Of a stretch of DNA of 64,000 nt, positions 9,420 to 19,905 are shown piece by piece (within the stretch, counting starts at the first letter, position 1; every line of letters starts with the position of its first letter). The notes beneath the pieces are model-generated. The model was given only the letters and a program-made list of their open reading frames with translations, was not told the DNA's origin and did no database searches. The translations under genes and the position numbers were made by a program. The stretch lies in the IMG/VR virus record IMGVR_UViG_3300028591_000096; one strand, 5' to 3'. Origin of the DNA: a virus (Duplodnaviria > Caudoviricetes).

Positions 9420-11734
9420 TGTCAGATACATCTACATTATTCCCTTGTTGCATATCAATATGTGAATCTGATTCATCAACGGATCTTGAATATGTAATCA
9501 ATTCTGGTCTTGGTAATAATATATCATGTCCAGAAAAATTCATTGTCGAATTCGGTACAGAGAAACCTACAATATTATTAACACTAGGACAAAGAATATA
9601 TGTAGATCAAATTATAGGATACATGAGAGGTGTTAAGGTTAGATCTAAGATAAATGGAATAATAACAGATGTAACAGACAGATATTTCATAGGAATATAT
9701 GAACATGATTCTGATTACATTTTACAAAAATTAGGTATTACAGATTTGTCAGAGAAATTCATTAAACAACTTTTAACAAACAACAGTGAAAGCGATTTCG
9801 ACAAAATGAACGATCTTCTTAAAGAAAGTTCATATACTAACAATTTCATAAAGGATTATATTCTAAGGTTCAGATTTGCAGATATAGCTAACAATTATGT
9901 AAACTATTCTGCCGTTGGTGTATCTCAAGCATATAATAACACATCACGTATATGTGAAATGTATGATAGGGCTGCTGATTCAATAATTGACAGATACAAC
10001 AAAGAGATGAGAAATCTATGTTGTGCGGAAAGTGTAATGACATATTGTGAGAACGAAAACCTGATGGGACTCAAAATGGCGATTGATGGAACAAAGAAAA
10101 AATATTTCGATCAGATATTATGGCAATATAATAATGTTCCATCATTTGGATATAATTCTGGAAGAATAAGCGACATGATGCTTTATGATGAGTATCTTAA
10201 CTATATAACAAGCAATGAATTTGTATATGATGATGATAATCCTTATGTTGTTGAATTATTCTATCACATTACAACGTTCCTGCAAATAAGAAGCAGACTT
10301 GAGCTTAATAACACTAATATAGCTGGACTTATATCAAAGTTTAATACATTATGTAATGACAACATAAGGAAATATTGGGATGACAGAATGTATGACTACT
10401 ATGGTAGAATCAAGCAGATATTCTCTTTTGATTTCTATGCCGATAATGAGGATGATTTGATTCAAGCCAACATATATGATAAAAAAAGAGTTACACTTTA
10501 TTCAAAAGTTTTGAAGTATCTTACAACATTATGTAATTATACACCACCTATGTCTGTTGAGGAAAAATACAAGGATATGGATGTTAACAGTATTATCAAT
10601 AATGCACAGATACAAGATACTGCTTCAGAAAAGGCGGCAAAGCAATTATATTCTAATCTTAAAAAGATAGCTATATTCTTTGTACAACTAAGAAAGATTG
10701 AATCTGAGATTGATCCAAAGTATTTCAAGCAATTTGCTTCTGAACAAGATTATAATGATATATTCACACTTAAAGAACAATTAGGTAAACAGAATATTAA
10801 GGAATATATCATATCATACAACAACATGGCTGCTCTTGGTAAAACAAACCAAGCATTTCAATCAACACAAGATGAATTTACTGAATTTGAAAGTAAGTAT
10901 CTGGAACCTTTCAAGAAAATGGTTCAATCAGAATCAAGAATCCTTAGAAATCTTGCTGATAGGGCTATAAATTTCTATATATCAAACGATAATAAAATAA
11001 ACTCTGGTGAAATATTTGATCAATTCCAGGAAGTTGATTGGGGAGGAAAGAGTACAATTTTTAAAGACAATGAACCACACGATTTCTATTATCTTGTAGA
11101 ACCAACAACAACACAAGAGAAAATAAATTCTCCGTATATGAACGGAGGTAAGAAATCAAACGAAGATAATGACGGATATAAGTTCGATGAGAATTCGCTA
11201 AGAACTCAATTCGGAATAACTGATTACGAATATTGGGTGAAATATTGTGGAATTGCAACTATAGTAAATTGTATGCTTCCTATGTACTGGCCAACAGGAT
11301 TGATTGTTACAGGCGTCCCTATACCGATGCCTATCATATACATCCCATTTGCTGTAATTAAAGGAAGAGTTACTGTTGTAATAGGATTAGGTATATGTGG
11401 AATATGTCCGTTACCAATGTTATTGTTTGTCAATTTTGGTGACATTCCTGGTTCACTAATTCCAGCAATAAACATAGCGATAGATACACTTAAAGGATTA
11501 GTATCTATGATTCCATCTCTAAGTGTTCAACCAATTAAAGAAACAATAAAGGGAATGATTACAGACCAGGATAACAAAATAAATGATCTTAGAGAAAAGA
11601 AAAATGAAATAAAAAAGAATATACAAAATCTTCAAGTTGGTGTGAAAACAGATAAGGAAACACTTAGAAATCTTAAAAAGAAAAGAAAAGACAATCATAC
11701 AACAAATACAAAGAAAAAGCAATCAAGCGAATAA
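9419..11734 (+). CDS. Hypothetical structural protein with Pro/Cys-rich hydrophobic C-terminal region and coiled coil
   Basis: 771-aa ORF coupled to the upstream gene (TAATG) and followed by a terminator. Confidence 0.65.
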   Translation: MSDTSTLFPCCISICESDSSTDLEYVINSGLGNNISCPEKFIVEFGTEKPTILLTLGQRIYVDQIIGYMRGVKVRSKINGIITDVTDRYFIGIYEHDSDYILQKLGITDLSEKFIKQLLTNNSESDFDKMNDLLKESSYTNNFIKDYILRFRFADIANNYVNYSAVGVSQAYNNTSRICEMYDRAADSIIDRYNKEMRNLCCAESVMTYCENENLMGLKMAIDGTKKKYFDQILWQYNNVPSFGYNSGRISDMMLYDEYLNYITSNEFVYDDDNPYVVELFYHITTFLQIRSRLELNNTNIAGLISKFNTLCNDNIRKYWDDRMYDYYGRIKQIFSFDFYADNEDDLIQANIYDKKRVTLYSKVLKYLTTLCNYTPPMSVEEKYKDMDVNSIINNAQIQDTASEKAAKQLYSNLKKIAIFFVQLRKIESEIDPKYFKQFASEQDYNDIFTLKEQLGKQNIKEYIISYNNMAALGKTNQAFQSTQDEFTEFESKYLEPFKKMVQSESRILRNLADRAINFYISNDNKINSGEIFDQFQEVDWGGKSTIFKDNEPHDFYYLVEPTTTQEKINSPYMNGGKKSNEDNDGYKFDENSLRTQFGITDYEYWVKYCGIATIVNCMLPMYWPTGLIVTGVPIPMPIIYIPFAVIKGRVTVVIGLGICGICPLPMLLFVNFGDIPGSLIPAINIAIDTLKGLVSMIPSLSVQPIKETIKGMITDQDNKINDLREKKNEIKKNIQNLQVGVKTDKETLRNLKKKRKDNHTTNTKKKQSSE

Positions 11735-11750
11735 CTCGATTGCTTTTTTT
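11714..11750. terminator. Bidirectional intrinsic terminator
   Basis: AAAAAGCAATC...GATTGCTTTTTTT between convergent genes. Confidence 0.75.
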
Positions 11751-11770
11751 GATATATGATAGTCTCTCTT

Positions 11771-12934
11771 TTAAAGCTGTTTAAGAATATCATCCATGTT
11801 CATTCCCTGGCCAGGCGCAGGTGCTGCTGGAGTATCAACATTTTTAGGTGTGACAACAGGAGGTGTTACTCCAGATACCGCTTGTACACGTGTTGGTGTT
11901 TGATCTACAGGTGTTACTGTGTTTGTTGGTACAGCAGCTGGTGTAGGTGCAGGATGGAATGCTGTTTGTGCAGACGTAGGAACTGCTGTTGGTGTCGCTA
12001 CTGGCATATTAGCTCCAGGGAACTGAGGTGTAGGATTATATGTAGGTGCTGTTGGTGTAGGTGCTGCTCCTGGAATATGAGGTGTATTTACTGCCTGTAA
12101 ACCAGCTTGCATAGTCTGAGTCTGTGTTCCAGCCATAGATCCTGTACTCATGAAGTTACGTGCAATCGCAAGCACCTCTTCTACATGCTTTGTCTGCTCC
12201 TCTGTCCAATCATGATAATCATACTTTGAAAGATCAGGTGAATTCTTGCTCAGATAATCCATAAGAACATCAGGATCTGTATTCTCATCAACTACAGAAT
12301 ACTGATTAGGATTAGCTGGATCAATGTACCACATACCAGAAGGTAGGATCTGATTACCATTGCGCTCATCATAGAAACTTGACTGGTCAAAATTGTTGAA
12401 ACCAGACTGGTTTGTACAAACAATAGAGAACTTTCTACCATAGATTGGATGGAAAGGATTAATACCCTGTTTTCCATCACCCTGTGGGAATTCCTCATTG
12501 TTCAACTTCTCGTAAACCTTCTTACCATAAACGAACACACGAATTTGACCTACAAGTTCAGGGTGCTGTTCATCAGAAACAATCTGAACCAAAGACGCAT
12601 ACTGCTTCTTAGAACCAAGATACTGCTTAGCCCAATCAACATAAGTTGCAATCTGAGTGTTGTAAAGGTTGAAATACATGTCGGTAACAGGAGAAGGCTG
12701 ACCAACTGAACGAGGATCGTCCACATACATTCCCTTCTGAGTAATAGGATTCTTTACCCAAGAAACCGACTTAATCATTGTACATCTACTAGGATCAGCA
12801 TAGTTAGGAATAAATCTGATCACTGAGCGATACACACCATTCTTTCCGTCTTTAAAAGATACTTTGTACTGTTCTGTGTTCTGCTTTTCTTCTTTAGTAG
12901 CTCCAACAGGGCTAAATAAATCTTTAGATGCCAT
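11771..12934 (-). CDS. Single-stranded DNA-binding protein, T4 gp32-like
   Basis: YRSVIRFIP, DEQHPELVGQIRVFVYGKKVYEK, NPFHPIYG, GFNNFDQSSF; C-terminal MDDILKQL tip after a Pro/Ala/Thr linker. Confidence 0.88.
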   Translation of the reverse strand: MASKDLFSPVGATKEEKQNTEQYKVSFKDGKNGVYRSVIRFIPNYADPSRCTMIKSVSWVKNPITQKGMYVDDPRSVGQPSPVTDMYFNLYNTQIATYVDWAKQYLGSKKQYASLVQIVSDEQHPELVGQIRVFVYGKKVYEKLNNEEFPQGDGKQGINPFHPIYGRKFSIVCTNQSGFNNFDQSSFYDERNGNQILPSGMWYIDPANPNQYSVVDENTDPDVLMDYLSKNSPDLSKYDYHDWTEEQTKHVEEVLAIARNFMSTGSMAGTQTQTMQAGLQAVNTPHIPGAAPTPTAPTYNPTPQFPGANMPVATPTAVPTSAQTAFHPAPTPAAVPTNTVTPVDQTPTRVQAVSGVTPPVVTPKNVDTPAAPAPGQGMNMDDILKQL

Positions 12935-13002
12935 AATTTTTTAATTCTTTTAATTTTGTTTAATGTTTTTAATTTAGTTAATATTCTTTTTTAATTCTTT
13001 GA

Positions 13003-14016
13003 TTACTTCTCTCTATTCATCTTTGATAAAATATAAGTTAACTTTGATCTAGTTTCTGGATTAAAGCTCTTAAATTTGTTATCAAAGACGCTTCGATTAA
13101 ATGTAATTAGAAGAATTCTAAGTATATTCTTATATGTATTATTTCCCTTACAAACTAATCTTACTGTAGGAGGTAGCGAATCATAATCTATATCACCAAT
13201 ATATCCAGAATTCGGTGGTAAAAGATCCTCATCCTCAATATACATCTTTGTAAAGATATTTGTCTTGTTTATGTACTCCAGGAAAAGATCATAAACCTTA
13301 TCAACATAATCTTTGTCTGAATTTAGAATATATTCTGTTTCCTTATCATTGTTATCAATAAAATGACAAAAATTTTCGAGTATCGTATCTCTATATAGTT
13401 TCTTTGTTGTCTTTTCGATATTTGGTGTTGTATCCGTTATTGTGATCTTGTAATTCATCTTACCACAAGATAAAATAACACCCTCAATATTCTCAATATC
13501 GTTACCTGACCACGTTTTACCATCTGTCATTCTACTTGCGATATCAAGTCCATTATTAATATCATCAAACTTACATATGCATTCCTTTACACATATTGGT
13601 TTTAACACCGACACATTTATAATCGATGCAAACTTATCAGCATCATTTAATTTTTTTGTTGATGTGTATAAATTACCTAAAATAAATTTATCTGTGCAAT
13701 TATCGTATGTTATCGTGCAAGTTTTAGGTACTGGTTTATAAAAGAATCCACAATTACAATTACCAAATCCCTTATACAATTCATTATACTTTGATTTTAT
13801 ATTAAAATTAACAAAATCTACAATATCTTTATATATGGAATTAACAATACAATCAACCTTACCTATTTGCTTATTTTTTGAATTTAAAGGATAAACATCA
13901 GAATCCGTAATGACAACCTTAAAATAAATCATATCAAGTTTTTCAGTTACAGTAACCCTATGTGTTTGCATATAAGCAAGGTCTTTTTCTGTAATATTCT
14001 TAAATTCTTTTATCAT
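13003..14016 (-). CDS. Hypothetical protein with RNA-ligase-like nucleotidyltransferase motifs
   Basis: VTVTEKLDM (motif I-like), IEGVIL (motif IV-like), YKI (motif V-like). Confidence 0.45.
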   Translation of the reverse strand: MIKEFKNITEKDLAYMQTHRVTVTEKLDMIYFKVVITDSDVYPLNSKNKQIGKVDCIVNSIYKDIVDFVNFNIKSKYNELYKGFGNCNCGFFYKPVPKTCTITYDNCTDKFILGNLYTSTKKLNDADKFASIINVSVLKPICVKECICKFDDINNGLDIASRMTDGKTWSGNDIENIEGVILSCGKMNYKITITDTTPNIEKTTKKLYRDTILENFCHFIDNNDKETEYILNSDKDYVDKVYDLFLEYINKTNIFTKMYIEDEDLLPPNSGYIGDIDYDSLPPTVRLVCKGNNTYKNILRILLITFNRSVFDNKFKSFNPETRSKLTYILSKMNREK

Positions 14017-14035
14017 CTGTTACATTCTTTACTGT

Positions 14036-14050
14036 TGCAAATATACAACT
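14036..14050 (-). promoter_or_regulatory. Bacteroidota primary-sigma -7 box AGTTGTATATTTGCA
   Basis: Contains TAnnTTTG; the identical 15-mer occurs at 19054 and 27640. Confidence 0.8.
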
Positions 14051-14069
14051 AATATTTGGTATTGAAAAA

Positions 14070-15752
14070 TTAAATCCTAGTCAAAACAGAATATTCTGCA
14101 TTTTTTTCAACCAATATATGCTCATCGAATAAATTTTCATCAAGCATAGTATGTGAAACTATGAATATATTAAGATTCATCTCCTTTGATATCTCCTTTA
14201 AATACTTTATAATCTCTGTTGAACTTTCATAATCCAGAGAACTTACAGTTTCATCAAGACAGACAAGGTTTATCTGAGGATATTTTCTTTTGATCATTTT
14301 CAACAGACTACACAATACAGTCAAATCTACTTTCTTATGTTCACCTATACTTAAACTCTTTGGTTTGATACTTCTTCCCAGGTATTGCATATGTGGATCA
14401 AAGTTGTTATCAAACTCAAGAGAATAAGGAAATCCTAAGAAATTCAAAGTCTCTGCTATTTCCTCATTAAGAGTTGGAATATAATTGTTCATAATTGTCT
14501 GTTTAATACCATCAGCAGAATACATTGTTTCGATTATTTCAAGCATCTTCATCTTTTTATTTGCATCAACTATACTCTTCTCAAGATCAGACTTAGTTTT
14601 ATTTGTCTGATTTATAATGTTTTGTATTGCAACAGATTCTTGTGAAATTGAACTTGATGCTTCTATTCTTGTATACTCTTTTGTAAGCTCGTTCTTTTTA
14701 TCATTTATTTTCTGGATATTAATCTGAACTTCTTGCATCTGAGAATTAATCGTGTTGAAATGTTCGAGTAATTCATTATGCTTTTGTGTATAAGATGTTA
14801 ATGTATCCTGTCTTTCCTTAAGTTGCCTCAAAAGATCATCTTTTATATTCTTAAATTCATCTGATGTAAAAGATGTACCACAAGTAGGACACTTATCATG
14901 GTTGAAAAGATTGATCTTCTTATTTATATTTCCTATTTCAAAATTCTCACCGTTAATTGCAGTTACAATTTGCTGATCAATCTTGTATGTATCATTGTAA
15001 GTATTATACAGCTGTGTATACAATGTATTCTGCTGCTGATAAAGAGCATCAACCTTTACAAGTTTTTGTTGTATTTCATAAAGCTTATCTTTTACATTAT
15101 CAGTACTTTCGTTATTATTCAGATTGTCAAGTTCAACCTGTGATGCTTTTATTGTTTGGTCAAGCGAATATATCTGAGAATTGCTTATATTGATAGAATT
15201 ACCAAGATCCTTCATGTCCTTTCTTACAAGTTCATAAACCTTGTTAATGATCTCAAGTGAAAATATCTTATCAATAATCAACCTCTTATCTGCTGGTGAC
15301 ATCGATATAAAGGATTTGAAGTTGTTAAGAGAAAGACTCATCACATTAGCAAAGATGTTGTAAGGCATATTATCAAGTATTTCTGTATCTATTATTCCTT
15401 GCATATTCTTCACACCAGCTTTGTCAAGAGGTTCATCATTTTTTGTTATAGTTAACGCTGAAGGAGAAAATGTTCTTTCAATTACATAAGTATCATTGTT
15501 CTTTACTATTGTTCCGCAAATCCATCCTTTCTTGTTAATCCAGTTAGAAACATCAGCCATATCTACTGGCTTACCGTCACCACCTTCAGTCTTTCCAAAA
15601 AGAAGCAACTTTGGTATAGACAAAAGACTACTTTTTCCAGATCCAGACTTACCAGACAACTGCCATAATTTTCCTTCATCGCTGAACTCTATTTCTGTGA
15701 TATCGTCACCATAACTGAATATGTTTCTCCATTGTAACTTTACTATTTTCAT
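14070..15752 (-). CDS. Recombination endonuclease ATPase subunit, gp46/SbcC/Rad50-like
   Basis: GKSGSGKSS Walker A, CPTCG zinc hook, LSIGE signature, LDE Walker B, VSH. Confidence 0.92.
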   Translation of the reverse strand: MKIVKLQWRNIFSYGDDITEIEFSDEGKLWQLSGKSGSGKSSLLSIPKLLLFGKTEGGDGKPVDMADVSNWINKKGWICGTIVKNNDTYVIERTFSPSALTITKNDEPLDKAGVKNMQGIIDTEILDNMPYNIFANVMSLSLNNFKSFISMSPADKRLIIDKIFSLEIINKVYELVRKDMKDLGNSINISNSQIYSLDQTIKASQVELDNLNNNESTDNVKDKLYEIQQKLVKVDALYQQQNTLYTQLYNTYNDTYKIDQQIVTAINGENFEIGNINKKINLFNHDKCPTCGTSFTSDEFKNIKDDLLRQLKERQDTLTSYTQKHNELLEHFNTINSQMQEVQINIQKINDKKNELTKEYTRIEASSSISQESVAIQNIINQTNKTKSDLEKSIVDANKKMKMLEIIETMYSADGIKQTIMNNYIPTLNEEIAETLNFLGFPYSLEFDNNFDPHMQYLGRSIKPKSLSIGEHKKVDLTVLCSLLKMIKRKYPQINLVCLDETVSSLDYESSTEIIKYLKEISKEMNLNIFIVSHTMLDENLFDEHILVEKNAEYSVLTRI

Positions 15753-16873
15753 CCAAGTTCCTCCGCAGCTCTTTTTAAGTATTCTATATTAATCTTATTA
15801 ATTTCTTTCTCTTCTTTCTTCTTTAGCTTGAACGCTTGTAACTTAACTTCAAATATTTCTTCAACAGTTGCGTCAGGTTTTACGTTAAGATCAATAACCT
15901 CACCATCTTCATTCATGGCAACCTGTTGTGTATTAAGATCAACTTTTGTCATTTCTTCTATTAGTTCTATATTTCTTGGCTTATATTGTCTTAACCAATT
16001 TATGAATTTCTCAGTATTAACTATTTCAAGCTCATCACTTGTGAAAACAATATACACAAAATTGTTAGACACAATATCTTTCCAATCTTCTGGATTTCTT
16101 CCTATTTCTGAAAAGCGTTTCAACACATACTCTGGAGAATATGTATTTTCATAAAAAGATCTTATAAGTTTTCCGTTATCAACAGTAAATGTATATATTC
16201 CCTTTCTGTTACCTATATCAGATCTTTCAAGATGATAAGGAGATCCAAGATATATTCCTTTCTTTGATTCCTGTCTCTTATGTATATGTCCAGAAACTAT
16301 TTTATCATCTTCAACAATATCAAGATTAAGACCATTGATAATAGGTCTGTTATTATCATACGTCATCCCAGATAATTCGGTATGAAATACAAGGATATCG
16401 TAATTGTCTTTGTTTTCCGCTATAATCTTATTTTCCTTTTTTAAATCACCAACCCACGATACAAGTAATAACTTCTTATCATCTTTCAACATAAGTTCAT
16501 ATTTATCATATATAAGCATAACACCATCAACATCATCAAAAGGTTTAAGTGATGTGATGTCGGTTTCGCACTTCTTGTATATATCATGGTTTCCTATTAT
16601 AACATAAACCTGACACTCTTTTGCCATATCTTTCATAACATCAATTGCAACATTAAGAACATTAATGTCTATATTCTGTCTGTTGTCAAAATAATCACCA
16701 GCTATGACAATACATGGATTATGTAATTTTTTCTGTTGTTTTACAAAAGGAATAAAGAAATTATCAAAATAATCCTTCATTATCTGAAGTTTCTCAATAT
16801 TACCCTTTCCAAAATGAACATCTGATATAAATATAACCTGATCTAAAGGTTCATTTGCTTTTGTTCTTGCCAT
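15749..16873 (-). CDS. Recombination endonuclease nuclease subunit, gp47/SbcD/Mre11-like
   Basis: SDVHFG, AGDYFDNR, IGNHD, SGHIH and YLGSPY metallophosphoesterase motifs; adjacent to gp46. Confidence 0.92.
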   Translation of the reverse strand: MARTKANEPLDQVIFISDVHFGKGNIEKLQIMKDYFDNFFIPFVKQQKKLHNPCIVIAGDYFDNRQNIDINVLNVAIDVMKDMAKECQVYVIIGNHDIYKKCETDITSLKPFDDVDGVMLIYDKYELMLKDDKKLLLVSWVGDLKKENKIIAENKDNYDILVFHTELSGMTYDNNRPIINGLNLDIVEDDKIVSGHIHKRQESKKGIYLGSPYHLERSDIGNRKGIYTFTVDNGKLIRSFYENTYSPEYVLKRFSEIGRNPEDWKDIVSNNFVYIVFTSDELEIVNTEKFINWLRQYKPRNIELIEEMTKVDLNTQQVAMNEDGEVIDLNVKPDATVEEIFEVKLQAFKLKKKEEKEINKINIEYLKRAAEELG

Positions 16874-17400
16874 TAGAATAATGCTTTTGATCTTGCGAAA
16901 TGTTTATCTAATCCATATTCTTTCTCAAGATGTTCAAGTATATTAACCTTATCTTCAAGAGTTAGAATATCATTATATAATGTCTTGTAATTTAAGTCAA
17001 AGAATTCTGCGATTGTACAGAATATCTGTATGATTGAGAATTTGTTATACTTCTGTAGTTCATCCTTGAAATAATAATAAATCTTGAATAAGTCACCACG
17101 CTCTATTTTCTTCACAACTGGATTATATACAAGATCCTCATATTGTAAGACGCTTGAATCTTTACTTACATCAATATGTTGCTTTTGTCCATATTTCTCA
17201 AAAAATTCAGAATTCAGGTAAAGCTCATACATAATCTGCATTAATCTTCTTCTAATATATAACTCATCAATGTTTTCAGATACACTTTCTTCATATTGTT
17301 TTTCAACAAAAGGTGATATCTGAATAGAAGCTTGAGTGGTTCTCTCTACACCATACTCTACTTTATCAAATGAATTTTCAAATATTTTATCTTCCAACAT
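16873..17400 (-). CDS. Hypothetical protein
   Basis: 175-aa ORF coupled between the helicase and gp47. Confidence 0.7.
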   Translation of the reverse strand: MLEDKIFENSFDKVEYGVERTTQASIQISPFVEKQYEESVSENIDELYIRRRLMQIMYELYLNSEFFEKYGQKQHIDVSKDSSVLQYEDLVYNPVVKKIERGDLFKIYYYFKDELQKYNKFSIIQIFCTIAEFFDLNYKTLYNDILTLEDKVNILEHLEKEYGLDKHFARSKALF

Positions 17401-17402
17401 AA

Positions 17403-18980
17403 TTATACTGTTGTTTTATTTTGATCGAACAAACCTTGTCCCTTAATTTTTATAAATGGTGAAGCTATTGTGTTTTCAGTAACCACAGGTGGAGGTGTAA
17501 CATCAACCAAGTTAGTAGATTGAACTGGTTCTTCAGATGGTTTTTCTATCTGACCTGGAGTGAATTTCTGATCAATCTTATTTCTTTTCTTTGCTACACC
17601 AGCAATAAACTTGTTACTTGATTCAACTGGATTTATAAGAGCTGTATCAATAATACCCTCTGTTGGATCCTCAGATATTCTAAGATATGTAAAATTACAG
17701 TCAAACAATTTCTTTTTATTTGCTTGAGGTGAAACACGATCATATATACACTTAAGATAGTACTTACCCTGAGCCATCATAAGTGCATCAGCAATTATAC
17801 CAAACATAGCATCAACAGTAGCACCAAGACCAGATGATTCTGAAATCTGGCTTGCATTTACGTCATTTGTATCAAACTGTGAACGGTTAGTCTGCGTTGC
17901 TGTAATAATACACCATCCGTTTTTCTTACCCATAGCACGAAGATCCTCTGCTATTTGTTTAATCTTCATGTATGTATTTTCGGAATTAGGATTCCTATAG
18001 TTTTTCATGATGTTGAGATAATCAACAAAAATATTCTTGAACTTGAATGGTTTACCTTCTGTTGATAACTCCTCTTCTTTTGACAGAAGATAACTTTCAA
18101 GCTCAATAACACTTAATGTAGAAGTTGGGAAATCCTTTACTATAAGAGCACCAGGTTTTAACAATTTTGATTTTTTATACCTGTTCATCTTCTCCTTTAA
18201 CTCTATAGTGTCTTTGGTGTATTTTTCATACTCAAGCGAAGGTATAGAAAGCATATTAGATCCTATACGTGCGATAACCATAGGGGTAGGAAGCTCAAGA
18301 GTTATATATGCATTATTTTCACCTCTATCTACAGACTTTGCACATATATTCTGGAGCCACAACGATTTACCAGTTTTAGGTGCAGCTGCAAAACATATCA
18401 ACGCACCAGGGAATCCGCCACCATTCAAACAAAAATCCAAAAAATCATAACCCAACGATGATCTTTCAAGTTTCTTCTGACTGTGTGATTCCGCATCCCA
18501 AAAATCAGATCCAGTATCAAGATCATCTGAAAACTCCAAAACACAAGATCTATTGAACATAGTCTTAATGTGTTCAACCACTTGCTTTGCATTTCCAGCT
18601 TCCATATCATCTTGGTTCAGCTTCAAATATGCAGCAGCATCAACAATTGACTTCTTTACATTTTCAAGTATAGCCCAGTTTGTCGTCTCATCATATAACC
18701 ATTCATCCGTATATGAAGATAACATTTGTTTTTGAGCATACAGAACATCAATAACATCATCTTGCAATACATCCTGCATGTTATTTTCAATAACAAGTTG
18801 CTTAATCTGTTCAGCTGTTGGAGCCTGATGATACTTCAAAACATAATCCTTTGCAAGCTTGAATGCATATTGCACTGGCTTTGCTGTGAAGAAATCTGGT
18901 TCGAACCTTAGTACAAGAGATGGTTCTGAAAGTATGTAGTGATAATAAACATTTTGTATAAACGTGTTATTACTGGCCAT
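17403..18980 (-). CDS. Replicative helicase, T4 gp41/DnaB-like
   Basis: AAPKTGKS, YITLE, FVDYLNIM, IAEDLR, TATQTNR, SESSG; ATG at 18980. Confidence 0.93.
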   Translation of the reverse strand: MASNNTFIQNVYYHYILSEPSLVLRFEPDFFTAKPVQYAFKLAKDYVLKYHQAPTAEQIKQLVIENNMQDVLQDDVIDVLYAQKQMLSSYTDEWLYDETTNWAILENVKKSIVDAAAYLKLNQDDMEAGNAKQVVEHIKTMFNRSCVLEFSDDLDTGSDFWDAESHSQKKLERSSLGYDFLDFCLNGGGFPGALICFAAAPKTGKSLWLQNICAKSVDRGENNAYITLELPTPMVIARIGSNMLSIPSLEYEKYTKDTIELKEKMNRYKKSKLLKPGALIVKDFPTSTLSVIELESYLLSKEEELSTEGKPFKFKNIFVDYLNIMKNYRNPNSENTYMKIKQIAEDLRAMGKKNGWCIITATQTNRSQFDTNDVNASQISESSGLGATVDAMFGIIADALMMAQGKYYLKCIYDRVSPQANKKKLFDCNFTYLRISEDPTEGIIDTALINPVESSNKFIAGVAKKRNKIDQKFTPGQIEKPSEEPVQSTNLVDVTPPPVVTENTIASPFIKIKGQGLFDQNKTTV

Positions 18981-19003
18981 CAATTAAATTATATCTTTAT
19001 ATT

Positions 19004-19032
19004 ATTATACGTTCAAATTGTATTAATGATTA
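19004..19032 (-). promoter_or_regulatory. Bipartite promoter TAATCATT-N13-CGTATAAT upstream of the helicase
   Basis: Four copies in the window, all with a 13-nt spacer. Confidence 0.75.
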
Positions 19033-19053
19033 TTTACAGATAACAGATTATAT

Positions 19054-19068
19054 TGCAAATATACAACT
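19054..19068 (-). promoter_or_regulatory. Bacteroidota -7 box AGTTGTATATTTGCA upstream of the helicase
   Basis: Identical 15-mer in three intergenic sites. Confidence 0.8.
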
Positions 19069-19108
19069 TATTTTCGAAACAAATAAATACATTACACTAA
19101 AATGTTCG

Positions 19109-19900
19109 ATGATGCAAAAAAGGGATGACATTCAAATATATGAACTTGCTTATAACAAGGTAAACTATGGGTTATGGGATAACTCATTGTATACACCTTT
19201 ACAATGTGGTGCAGCATGTAATAAAGTAGATGTATGCGATCTTAAAGACAATACAGGTGATAACATATCTGACAAGAATTTTTATTATAGCGAAACAACA
19301 GGGACATATTGGATATGGAAAAACGCACCTAAGACAAAATACATAGGCCAATGCCAATATCGAAGAAGGATTCAATTCGACGAGAGTTTTAACTTCGATA
19401 CGATATTTAATGAACACAAGATCATATGTAACAAACCTATGATTCTTGGTGTATCTTTAAAAAAACAGATGGAAAGGTGTCATCCTTATATAAACATAGA
19501 TATTTTTGAAAGTGTATTTTATGAAATACAACCATTATATTCAAATGTATTTAATGAAATATTTAACAAAAGCAATGCTCTTTTCTTCTCATCTTCATAT
19601 ATCCTTCCATATAGTGAATATTGTAGATATTGCAACTTCTTATTCTCTATATTAGATGCATATGCTATACGTATGAATTTCTTGAATAGAGATGTTCTAA
19701 AAGGGTATGTTTCAAGCAAATTGAATTATCCGACAATCGGATTAAGATCAAAGCCTATAGAATATCATATGCTAATAGGAGGATTCCTACAAGAAAGACT
19801 TTTCAGTGTATGGGTTCTTTCAAATTTCATACAATCTGAAATATATTATAAGGATTTTAAGTTTATGGAAAACAATATGCAGATAAAAACATACAGATAA
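19109..19900 (+). CDS. DUF4422-like putative glycosyltransferase
   Basis: DNTGDNISDKN..YSETTGTYWIWKN..YIGQCQYRR and GFLQERLFSVW are typical of DUF4422 in polysaccharide loci. Confidence 0.8.
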   Translation: MMQKRDDIQIYELAYNKVNYGLWDNSLYTPLQCGAACNKVDVCDLKDNTGDNISDKNFYYSETTGTYWIWKNAPKTKYIGQCQYRRRIQFDESFNFDTIFNEHKIICNKPMILGVSLKKQMERCHPYINIDIFESVFYEIQPLYSNVFNEIFNKSNALFFSSSYILPYSEYCRYCNFLFSILDAYAIRMNFLNRDVLKGYVSSKLNYPTIGLRSKPIEYHMLIGGFLQERLFSVWVLSNFIQSEIYYKDFKFMENNMQIKTYR

Positions 19901-19905
19901 TAGAT

